Virus record (IMG/VR): IMGVR_UViG_3300025621_000020
Coordinates: 1-39,976 of that record
DNA length: 39,976 nucleotides
Source: a virus
Lineage: Duplodnaviria; Caudoviricetes
Strand: one strand, 5' to 3'
Shown: positions 16,619 to 24,581 of the stretch, piece by piece
Position numbering within the stretch: position 1 is the first letter of the stretch
Layout of the letters: every line of letters begins with the position of its first letter
The notes under the pieces: model-generated
What the model saw: only the letters and a program-made list of their open reading frames with translations
Told to the model about the DNA's origin: nothing
Databases searched by the model: none
Program-made: the position numbers and the translations under genes

Positions 16619-16989
16619 GCACACCGAACCCCACACACATCATCGCGGAGGGTATGCGGGAGGTCGCAACTGAGGGCCAGAAAGGAACGCCCGGCACACG
16701 CGAGGATGGGCAACTGTGGGGAGCGTTCCCGAACACCATGACGATCAAGGACCTCGCCGCCCATGTGGTGTCGAAGCTGACAGATGCCGGCTACGTCATC
16801 ATCGACACCAACCGATTCGACGCCGCCTGCAACATCCTCGCCCTCATCACCGACACCTACCGCGGACTCATCATGGACACACCCGATGACCGCGCATTGC
16901 ACACGAAAGTGATCGCGAACGCCGACGAGTACATCGCCAAACTTCGCGAGTTTCTTCCCGCTGCTGCCGCTGGGGGGGAGAAGCCGTGA
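16615..16989 (+). CDS. Hypothetical protein (124 aa)
   Basis: Coupled ORF in the early operon. Confidence 0.6.
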   Translation: MSTPNPTHIIAEGMREVATEGQKGTPGTREDGQLWGAFPNTMTIKDLAAHVVSKLTDAGYVIIDTNRFDAACNILALITDTYRGLIMDTPDDRALHTKVIANADEYIAKLREFLPAAAAGGEKP

Positions 16990-17135
16990 GCGCCGCACTG
17001 TTCCGCCACCAAGACACCGCCGACACAGACCGCGCATGGTGGCACGCAATGCCCACCCGCATCGCAGAACGCAGGCGCGCGCTGGGGTATCCGGTCGGTA
17101 GTCCTGAGCGTCGAATGTTGCAGGTGCAGCAGTGA
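16986..17135 (+). CDS. Hypothetical protein (49 aa)
   Basis: GTGA overlaps at both ends fill the gap exactly. Confidence 0.5.
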   Translation: MSAALFRHQDTADTDRAWWHAMPTRIAERRRALGYPVGSPERRMLQVQQ

Positions 17136-17554
17136 CGACGACTCTGACGCTCCCGTACTCGCGTCCGCCGATCACATCGAATGAAGCAGCACGGTCGAAC
17201 GGCAGGGCGCACGCATCCACACGCAAGCAGATGCGGTACACGGCATCGGTACTCGCGAAGGCCAACAAGGTCGGTGTTCATCCGCGTTCCGATGTTATGT
17301 GCACCTGGTACGTCCCAGATCTCATCCACCGCGACGCCGGCTCTTTGTCGGCCCTGTTGAAAGCCTCGATCGACGGCCTCGTCGATGCAGGTGTGTGGCC
17401 TGATGACTGGTTCGCCTACGTCCGCACCGAATCGTGCCGCATCGAACTCGACCGCGAAAACCCACGCATCGAACTCACCATCACACCCATCTGGGAACCA
17501 AACCCCATGCACCCGCCCGAGTTCCAAATGCAGCCAGGAGGCACCACACGATGA
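17132..17554 (+). CDS. rusA: RusA-like Holliday junction resolvase
   Basis: RPPITSN...RDAGSL...LKASIDGLVDAGVWPDD...RIELTI. Confidence 0.8.
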   Translation: MTTTLTLPYSRPPITSNEAARSNGRAHASTRKQMRYTASVLAKANKVGVHPRSDVMCTWYVPDLIHRDAGSLSALLKASIDGLVDAGVWPDDWFAYVRTESCRIELDRENPRIELTITPIWEPNPMHPPEFQMQPGGTTR

Positions 17555-17730
17555 TCGTCGAAGTAGTCACCACTGATGGGCAGATCATCACCTACGACCG
17601 AAAAGGCAGCGGCTACACCGTCGACAACGGTCACCTGTACATCCACGAAGCCATAGGCGACCTCCGAACCCGAAACGTCGCCATCCACGCAGCAGACACC
17701 TGGCTCATCGCACGGAACGTCACCGCATGA
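17551..17730 (+). CDS. Hypothetical protein (59 aa)
   Basis: AGGAGG RBS and ATGA coupling. Confidence 0.6.
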   Translation: MIVEVVTTDGQIITYDRKGSGYTVDNGHLYIHEAIGDLRTRNVAIHAADTWLIARNVTA

Positions 17731-18431
17731 TCGACGTCCTCTGGCTCGCAGGCACCTTCAACCCCCAAGGCGAAGGCATCAGCGACGACTTCCTCAAACG
17801 CCTCGACCCGAAACGCTTCCGCTACCGCTACGTCACGGATGGCTACTTCGCTGACTACGGCAAGGTGGTTTCATACGCCGAGAGCGCGCGCCTCGGCGAA
17901 CTCGCCCTCGACCGGGCCGTCCGTGAATGCCGCGGAGCTGTCGTCGTCGGCGGCTACTCGCAGGGCGCTGCCATCGCGGGGAACTACGCCGCTAACTGGG
18001 CTGATCCACGGCAGGTCCTCGGCTGCGCATTGATTGCGGACCCACTTCGTGACGGTTCACAACCCACTGTGAACCCGAATCCTGGCGGCTATGGGATCGG
18101 CGGGCAACGGCGAATCCACAGCGTCAAGACACTCACCGTCGCTGCGTGGGGTGACCCGATCACCAGCCTCCCAGCCGGCAACTACCTCCGCAGCATCGCG
18201 GACTTCTCGGAGTTTATGGGGCGGGATGTGAACGCGTGGGCGGTGAATGTCCTGTCGAAGATCGTGAAAGGCCAGTTGCAGCCGTGGTGGCGGTGGTCCA
18301 ACCGCAGGGATTGGGCTGAGGCAGGCAGGTGGCTACGCGGCTACACCACCGACTCAAGGCATACGGCGGCGTACGTCACCGAAGGACTGACTCGACAACT
18401 TGCCGACGCCGTCAACGAGGAGATCCGATGA
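17727..18431 (+). CDS. Cutinase-like serine hydrolase (Lysin B-like)
   Basis: GGYSQGA nucleophile elbow, LIADP, GDPIT and C-terminal H(TAAY) catalytic triad. Confidence 0.85.
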   Translation: MIDVLWLAGTFNPQGEGISDDFLKRLDPKRFRYRYVTDGYFADYGKVVSYAESARLGELALDRAVRECRGAVVVGGYSQGAAIAGNYAANWADPRQVLGCALIADPLRDGSQPTVNPNPGGYGIGGQRRIHSVKTLTVAAWGDPITSLPAGNYLRSIADFSEFMGRDVNAWAVNVLSKIVKGQLQPWWRWSNRRDWAEAGRWLRGYTTDSRHTAAYVTEGLTRQLADAVNEEIR

Positions 18432-18583
18432 GCGCGAGCGAAGTGACGGTGCGCATCGACGTGACCGCGCGCGACACAGGCGGCACCAAACTCTCGCCAT
18501 GGTGGCACGACCAACGCGCCCGCTTGGAACGCCGCACAGCGATCCTGAACGGCACGGAGGTGCGTCGTGAGCACGGTGAATGA
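18428..18583 (+). CDS. Hypothetical protein (51 aa)
   Basis: GAGGAG RBS; ATGA overlap. Confidence 0.5.
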   Translation: MSASEVTVRIDVTARDTGGTKLSPWWHDQRARLERRTAILNGTEVRREHGE

Positions 18584-18734
18584 GCGGGCCGTACGCAGGT
18601 GGGGTCGGAAGCGGTACTTCCGCAACGTCGCCATCCTCGTCGGCAACGACACCATCCGCACCGTCCACGAAGCCCTCAACGTCCCATACGACGAAGCCGA
18701 AACCCTCGAAATCCTGAAAGGCATCCGAATATGA
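18567..18734 (+). CDS. Hypothetical protein (55 aa)
   Basis: GGAGG RBS before GTG 18567; stop overlaps ATG 18731. Confidence 0.55.
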   Translation: MSTVNERAVRRWGRKRYFRNVAILVGNDTIRTVHEALNVPYDEAETLEILKGIRI

Positions 18735-19426
18735 GCGAGACGTTCTATCTCGACCGCGAAGGTCAACGGAAGCTTGTGAAGTCGCTCCGTGAAATCCCCT
18801 CGTTGGTGGAGGATTTGGCGGTCACGATCTGTCGGCGGGATCGGATCGCACGCCCGCAACCGGGTGGACGCACGTCGGTGGAGCGGGTGGAGATGCCGTT
18901 ACCCATCAACCTCGATGCTGTCGAAGCCGCCGACAACCTCACTGCGTGCCTACTCACGTGGGTGCAGGACGTCTGCCAGGCCCGCCAGATCGAATGGGCA
19001 GGCTCGACGTCGACCCTCACCCTCGCCGCCTGGCTGGATCGCAACGTCATCGCCCTCGCTCTCACCGATGGAGCCGACAACGCACCCGGCCAGATCGGGC
19101 ACCACATCAAAATGGCGCGCCGAACAGTCGACCTGCCACCCGACGAAATCTGTGCAGAACCCGACATGGAGAAGATCAACCTGTCGTACGACATGCTGCT
19201 GACCGCGCGGGAGTTGTCGGGGATCATGCCGCAGCTCGGGGAGAAGCCGTTGAAGGCGGACACCATCCACTCGTGGACTGATACTCGCAGGCATGGGGCG
19301 AATGCGTTGCAGCACCGCGAAATCCCCGGCGTCAAAGGCCACGTCTACCGCCTCGGTGACGTCCTCGCAATCCGGCGCGCCAGGGAAGCCGCAAGGTCAC
19401 AACGCATGTCCGAGGTTTCTGCTTGA
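18731..19426 (+). CDS. C-terminal HTH DNA-binding protein, candidate late-gene regulator
   Basis: PLPINLDA...L..W N-domain and LTAREL...TIHSW...YRLGDVL MerR-like HTH; last early gene before a promoter. Confidence 0.7.
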   Translation: MSETFYLDREGQRKLVKSLREIPSLVEDLAVTICRRDRIARPQPGGRTSVERVEMPLPINLDAVEAADNLTACLLTWVQDVCQARQIEWAGSTSTLTLAAWLDRNVIALALTDGADNAPGQIGHHIKMARRTVDLPPDEICAEPDMEKINLSYDMLLTARELSGIMPQLGEKPLKADTIHSWTDTRRHGANALQHREIPGVKGHVYRLGDVLAIRRAREAARSQRMSEVSA

Positions 19427-19455
19427 CAAATCCGTCCGAGATCCCGTGGTATGCT
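19423..19455 (+). promoter_or_regulatory. Putative late-operon promoter TTGACA-N21-TATGCT with extended -10 (TGG)
   Basis: Consensus -35 at 19423-19428 and -10 at 19450-19455. Confidence 0.6.
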
Positions 19456-19517
19456 GCGCATCAGCAACCGGTGTGAACACAACCACCGTTGATGTGCTCA
19501 ACCATCCGGAGGCCAGT

Positions 19518-19592
19518 GTGTGGAATCTGCTCGCAGACGCATTCGCCGCTGCCCTCCGCAAGATCGCATTCTGGGCGCTCACCCGTGGATGA
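19518..19592 (+). CDS. Small hydrophobic peptide (24 aa, MWNLLADAFAAALRKIAFWALTRG)
   Basis: GGAGG RBS at 19508; overlaps the start of the next ORF. Confidence 0.4.
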   Translation: MWNLLADAFAAALRKIAFWALTRG

Positions 19593-19746
19593 CACCCGAA
19601 CCCCAGTCATCACCATCGCCTGCTGGCACAAAGGCTGCGACTTCCACGAACTGATGGAAGGCATGAACGGCACCACCATCGTCGCGTACGTCTCCCGCAA
19701 GGAACTGTGGTCGGATCACAATCGGAAGGTGCATGGACGTGGCTAG
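19585..19746 (+). CDS. Hypothetical protein (C..C...H..H Zn-finger-like)
   Basis: CWHKGCDF...HNRKVH; overlaps its neighbours. Confidence 0.5.
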   Translation: MDDTRTPVITIACWHKGCDFHELMEGMNGTTIVAYVSRKELWSDHNRKVHGRG

Positions 19747-19963
19747 ATCACAAGTTGGCGGATACGACCTCACCGCGCAAGCACTGCGACAGGCAGGACT
19801 CGGCGGACACACCTTGGAGCGAATCGGCAAGTGCCTGAACGAAACCAAGCGTGAGACGAAGGTCGGGCACAGCCTGTGGAAGCTCACTGACGGCGCAATG
19901 ACTCTGGTCGTCGATCCCTATGCGTCGACCATCGAGTCGGTCGGGATGGGCGCGTTCAGGTGA
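19733..19963 (+). CDS. Hypothetical protein (76 aa)
   Basis: GGAAGG RBS; GTGA overlap downstream. Confidence 0.55.
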   Translation: MDVARSQVGGYDLTAQALRQAGLGGHTLERIGKCLNETKRETKVGHSLWKLTDGAMTLVVDPYASTIESVGMGAFR

Positions 19964-20238
19964 GTGCGCCTGCTGGTCCGTTGGAGCGTGTGGGGCATGG
20001 GCGTTGGGCGATCGTCCCCATCGGCATCCTCTGGGTCACCGACACCGGTGTCATCGGCTTCCAACCCCCACCCAAAGGCGACCCCAGCGGCATCGAAACA
20101 CTGATCTCGAACGCGTTGGACGCCGGCAAGACCGCGAACACCGCCTTCGACGAAATCGCCACCGTCCTGGGTGCCGCCTCCGCCAAGACCGGCGATGTCG
20201 CCACCTGGACCGTCGACCGCAGGCCGGTGTTCGAGTGA
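19960..20238 (+). CDS. Hypothetical protein (92 aa)
   Basis: Coupled ORF with GC3-rich codons. Confidence 0.6.
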   Translation: MSAPAGPLERVGHGRWAIVPIGILWVTDTGVIGFQPPPKGDPSGIETLISNALDAGKTANTAFDEIATVLGAASAKTGDVATWTVDRRPVFE

Positions 20239-20543
20239 GTGTTGCTCGGCGTCGTACCGATGACGTCCTCGTGCTCGTCGTGAAGGTCGCAGCCGCTTCG
20301 GAGGACGCAGACAGCAGCCAGAAGGCCGCGCTGCAATCGTTGGTGCCCGCGTTCCAAGACCTCCGCCTGTCGAAAGACCCCGACAAAATCGCAGACCTCG
20401 ACAAGCGCCTGCATCGCATCATGGGGCCAACATGGCAGCCGCGCGGCCAATGGGCAACCGCCGCCAACAACGCGCACACCATCATCAACGACGGCATCAC
20501 AGCCCGCGGCCACAATCCCGCACAACTGTTCGCACCCAAATAA
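20235..20543 (+). CDS. Hypothetical protein (102 aa)
   Basis: GTGA-coupled ORF, predicted helical. Confidence 0.6.
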   Translation: MSVARRRTDDVLVLVVKVAAASEDADSSQKAALQSLVPAFQDLRLSKDPDKIADLDKRLHRIMGPTWQPRGQWATAANNAHTIINDGITARGHNPAQLFAPK

Positions 20544-20627
20544 CTCCCGACCCCCACAGCGCGGGAACGGAGGCACCAATGATCAGATCAAACGTTTGGC
20601 AGCCTCACCGCGCGCGCGAGAGCAGCG

Positions 20628-21107
20628 ATGGCAGCGCGCTGGTCTGAGAGCGACAGTGACCAACTGGCTCTACTCCACGAGTCTGGTCAGTCACTGCACG
20701 CCATTGCGAAGCAGATGGGCAGATCGAAACAGACGATCAGTCGATGGGCTGACAAGCTCGGGCTCACATTTGATCGTTCGATGACAGCGAAAGCCGCCGA
20801 AGCCGTCCACGTCGACAACAAGTCGAAGCGCGTAACGCTTGAAGCGCGACTGCTCGATGAGGGTGGGAAGCTTCTCGACCAACTGTGGGACCCGACGATC
20901 GTGTTCTCATTTGGTGGCAGCGAAAACCTGTATTCGGAGCACCAGTTGGAGCGTCCGACGTTCGGTGATCAGAAGGCCATCGTTCAGGCTGTTTCAACTG
21001 CGCTCGCTGCGGCAAATAAGTTGGCGGAGTTGCACAATGACGGTCATGACCTACCTGCTGTCGATGCGTGGTTAAGCGCGATGACCAGCGGCGATGGGGT
21101 AGAATAG
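20628..21107 (+). CDS. terS: Terminase small subunit (N-terminal HTH)
   Basis: GQSLHAIAKQMGRSKQTISRWA HTH; upstream of TerL. Confidence 0.75.
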   Translation: MAARWSESDSDQLALLHESGQSLHAIAKQMGRSKQTISRWADKLGLTFDRSMTAKAAEAVHVDNKSKRVTLEARLLDEGGKLLDQLWDPTIVFSFGGSENLYSEHQLERPTFGDQKAIVQAVSTALAAANKLAELHNDGHDLPAVDAWLSAMTSGDGVE

Positions 21108-21173
21108 ATGGAAGGCCCCCGCGATCGCGCCAACGATCCGGGGGTATGGCCAAACCTGATGAAGAGGTTCGAC

Positions 21174-21689
21174 ATGACTGATGGTACCCGTGAATCCTGG
21201 CGCTCCGTCCCCGGCTATGAAGGCTCCTACGAGGTGAGCGACCTCGGCAGGGTCCGTTCGTGGCGACCTTGGCGGGGGAACCCAGTTCCCCGCGTCTTGG
21301 CGGCATCCCCTGACACCAACGGGCATCGGAGGATCCGTCTCTCATTCGAAGGTTCCGCAGAGCACGCAGGTGTCCACAAGCTTGTGATGCTGGCTTTCGT
21401 TGGACCTGTCCCCGAGGGCATGGAAGTCCTGCATGGCGATGACGACAAGACGAACAACCGCCTGTCGAATCTCCGGTACGGGACTCGTAGCGAGAACATG
21501 CTTGATCGGGTCGAGAATGGCCGCGACCCACGGTCCAACCAGACCCACTGTGTGCGTGGGCACGCTTTCAATTCTGAGAACACCAGACACCAGCCGCGAG
21601 CAGGACGCACTTGGCGGGCATGCAGAACGTGCCAGCGGGACGCGACACGTCGGTATCGGGAACGAAACATTGGGACGGGTGGTGGGTAG
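21174..21689 (+). CDS. NUMOD4-HNH homing endonuclease
   Basis: WRSVPGYEGSYEVSDLGRVRS (NUMOD4), VHKLVMLAF, HGDDDKTNN.LSNLRYGT.SEN, THCVRGH...CRTC; the frame is open from 21108. Confidence 0.92.
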   Translation: MTDGTRESWRSVPGYEGSYEVSDLGRVRSWRPWRGNPVPRVLAASPDTNGHRRIRLSFEGSAEHAGVHKLVMLAFVGPVPEGMEVLHGDDDKTNNRLSNLRYGTRSENMLDRVENGRDPRSNQTHCVRGHAFNSENTRHQPRAGRTWRACRTCQRDATRRYRERNIGTGGG

Positions 21690-22997
21690 GTGGCAGTCAA
21701 CCCCCTGTCGGGGAAGTCGAAGCTGGCAGTTGAACACTCCACCGCCTTCATCAACATCTACGAAGGGTCAGTGCGGTCCGGTAAGACCGTCGCGACACTG
21801 ATCGACTGGATTCGCTACATCCGCACCGCACCACCGGGAAACCTGCTGATGACAGGACGCACCGAGCGCACCGTCATCAACAACCTGGTCCTCCCAATCC
21901 AGGACATGCTCGGGCGTAAACGCGTCACCATCAACCGAGGCAACGGCACGGTCAACATCCTCGGCCGTGAAGTGATGCTTGTCGGAGCGAACAACGAGCA
22001 GGCCCGAACGAAGATTCAGGGCCTCACCCTTGCCGGCGCATACGTCGATGAGGCATCCACGCTGCCTGAGTCGTACTGGAACATGCTGACCACCCGTCTC
22101 TCCGAAGATGGGGCGCGGATGTGGGCGACATGCAATCCCGAGGGACCACGCCACTGGTTCAAGCTCAAGTGGTTGGACAAGGCGAAACTGTGGGTGCAGC
22201 ACGACGGCACCATCCTCGACCGCAACGACGAATTCGAAGCGCAAGAAGAGGGCGACGAACAGACACTCTCTGACCTGCACCGCTTCTCATTCACCCTCGA
22301 AGACAACCGCGCCAACCTGAACCCGAAGTACTACCGCAACGTCATGTCGATGTACTCGGGACTCTGGTACGAACGCATGATCCTCGGCAAGTGGTCACTC
22401 GCTGAGGGCGCGATCTACCCCATGTTCAGCATCGACAAGCACGTCGTCTCCGAGCTGCCCGCCACGAAGATGGTTCTCGCAGTCGGTGTCGACTACGGCG
22501 ACACACACCCCACCCGAGGCATACAGGTAATCCTCGGCGAAGACGACAACCTGTACTTCTCCGCTGAGTGGGCACCGAGCCTCGACCTGACGCACGCACA
22601 ACGGACAGCATCACTGCGAGCGTTCTGCGACAAGCATGGCTGGCCCGAGTACTTCTTCGCCGACCCATCAGCGAAAGGATTCCGCTACCAGATGCACGTG
22701 GATGGCCTAGGTCCAGTCATCAAGGCCAACAACAGTCACACCGACGGTATCGGCCTCACAGCGTCACTACTCACCGCGGGACGACTGTTCATCCACGAAT
22801 CCTGCACGCACCTGATCAACGAATTCACGTCGTACGTATGGGATACCGAGAAGACGGAGAGCGGGAAAGAGCAGCCCGTGAAGGTCGATGACGACAGCTT
22901 GGACGCTAGCCGTTACGGCCTCCTGACATCCCGTGTGCAGTGGCAAGAATTCATACCTGATATAGGCGAACGACTACCCGAGGAGGTGGCTGCGTAG
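21690..22997 (+). CDS. terL: Terminase large subunit (PBSX-like)
   Basis: EGSVRSGKT Walker A, YVDEA Walker B, TCNPEGP, VDYG and DD.LDASRY nuclease motifs. Confidence 0.95.
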   Translation: MAVNPLSGKSKLAVEHSTAFINIYEGSVRSGKTVATLIDWIRYIRTAPPGNLLMTGRTERTVINNLVLPIQDMLGRKRVTINRGNGTVNILGREVMLVGANNEQARTKIQGLTLAGAYVDEASTLPESYWNMLTTRLSEDGARMWATCNPEGPRHWFKLKWLDKAKLWVQHDGTILDRNDEFEAQEEGDEQTLSDLHRFSFTLEDNRANLNPKYYRNVMSMYSGLWYERMILGKWSLAEGAIYPMFSIDKHVVSELPATKMVLAVGVDYGDTHPTRGIQVILGEDDNLYFSAEWAPSLDLTHAQRTASLRAFCDKHGWPEYFFADPSAKGFRYQMHVDGLGPVIKANNSHTDGIGLTASLLTAGRLFIHESCTHLINEFTSYVWDTEKTESGKEQPVKVDDDSLDASRYGLLTSRVQWQEFIPDIGERLPEEVAA

Positions 22998-24572
22998 ATG
23001 TTCCCCGAGAACTCACCCTGGCCACCCAAGCCCTACGACCTCGTGATGGCCGAATGCCAGGAACGACACGTCTGGTGGGTAGGCGACCCCGACGGCCTCG
23101 CAGAGTTCTACACAGACGCAGGAACCGTCACCGCCACCAACAGGTTCTCCGCTGCATGGCAAGCGTTCTGGGGGAAGACACCGACCAAAGGTGAACGTCC
23201 CACCCGCGTCCACGCACCCATCGCCGCTGACATCGGACGCATCGCCTCAGCGACCCTGTTCGCTGATCCGCCGCAGATCCTCGCAGCCGACGCCGACAAG
23301 AGCTTGCAGGACCGTATCGATGCCATCTGCAACAACTCCACCATCCACGCCGGTCTCCTCTCCGCCGCCGAATCAGCGTCCATGCTGTCCGGTGTGTACG
23401 GGCGCGTCGTGTGGGACAAGACCGTCGCAGACGAACCGTGGATCGACTGGGTAGACGCCGACCGAGCGATCCCTGAGTTCAAGTGGGGCCGACTGTCCGC
23501 GGTCACGTTCTGGTCGGAGCTACCTTCCGATGATGAGCATGTGGTGTGGCGGCACTTGCAGCGCTACACACCCGGACGCTTGTTCCACTCCGTGCATCGC
23601 GGCACCACGTCGAACCTCGGTACGACGATGAGCCTCGCCGATCACGAATCCACCCAGGGTCTCGCCACAAGGGTCGGTGTCGAAGGCGAAGTACTGCCCA
23701 CCGATCGGCTACTCGCGCAGTACATCCCGAACATGGGGCCGAACGCGCAGTGGCGGAATCACCCCAAGCTGAAACCGTTGGGCCGCGCGGACCTCGATGT
23801 CCAGGTGATGCGGTTGATGGATGAGGCCGACAAGGTGTGGTCGTCGTGGATGCGAGATTTGGACCTCGGCAAAGCGAGAGTGTTCATCTCCCGGCAGCTC
23901 CTACAGCAAGGGCGATCGGGTGACGGTGCTTCCTTCGACGTCGACCAGTCCATCTACAGTCCGGTCGGTGACTTCATCAACAAGGGTGAGCTGTCATCCG
24001 TCATGGATGCGCAGCAATTCAACATCCGCGTCGACGAACACGCCCGCACCTACGAGGGCCTGCTGCGGCTGATCATCGGCCGCGTCGGATACTCACCGCT
24101 CACGTTCGGGTTGTCGGATGAGGTCGCGCAGACCGCGACTGAGACCGACGCGAAGACCCGCGACACTGCCCTGACTCGCACCGCGAAGACCCGACTGTGG
24201 GCACCGCTCGCACCACTCATGACGTCGATGCTCGAAGTCGACGCCGCAGTATTCGGTGGTAGCCGACCGTCCGAGCTGGTGGAAGTGAAGTGGCAGCCGT
24301 CGAAGGAATCCCCCCGCGTCGTCGCGGAGACCATCAACCTGCTCAATCAGGCGCAGGCTGTGTCGACGAAGACGAAGGTCATGATGAAGTGGCCTGACTG
24401 GGATGATGAGCAGGTTGAGGCGGAAGTGAAGCTGATCGATGAGGCTGGCAAGGTGGATGTGCCTGCGTTCGGTGGCGGCTTCGGCAACAGTGAGCAGCCC
24501 CCGACCGGTGCCGATGACGCTGATGCTGATGCTGAGGGTGACGGCAATGAAGCACCCCCGTTCGGCGAATAG
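22998..24572 (+). CDS. Portal protein (SPP1 gp6-like)
   Basis: 524 aa directly after TerL; QTATE motif and acidic tail typical of actinophage portals. Confidence 0.88.
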   Translation: MFPENSPWPPKPYDLVMAECQERHVWWVGDPDGLAEFYTDAGTVTATNRFSAAWQAFWGKTPTKGERPTRVHAPIAADIGRIASATLFADPPQILAADADKSLQDRIDAICNNSTIHAGLLSAAESASMLSGVYGRVVWDKTVADEPWIDWVDADRAIPEFKWGRLSAVTFWSELPSDDEHVVWRHLQRYTPGRLFHSVHRGTTSNLGTTMSLADHESTQGLATRVGVEGEVLPTDRLLAQYIPNMGPNAQWRNHPKLKPLGRADLDVQVMRLMDEADKVWSSWMRDLDLGKARVFISRQLLQQGRSGDGASFDVDQSIYSPVGDFINKGELSSVMDAQQFNIRVDEHARTYEGLLRLIIGRVGYSPLTFGLSDEVAQTATETDAKTRDTALTRTAKTRLWAPLAPLMTSMLEVDAAVFGGSRPSELVEVKWQPSKESPRVVAETINLLNQAQAVSTKTKVMMKWPDWDDEQVEAEVKLIDEAGKVDVPAFGGGFGNSEQPPTGADDADADAEGDGNEAPPFGE

Positions 24573-24581
24573 AATCACCTG

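Noticed and set aside
21108-21689. Group I intron or intein in terminase
   Set aside because: terS and terL both appear complete on either side; no splice-junction or intein motifs are seen.
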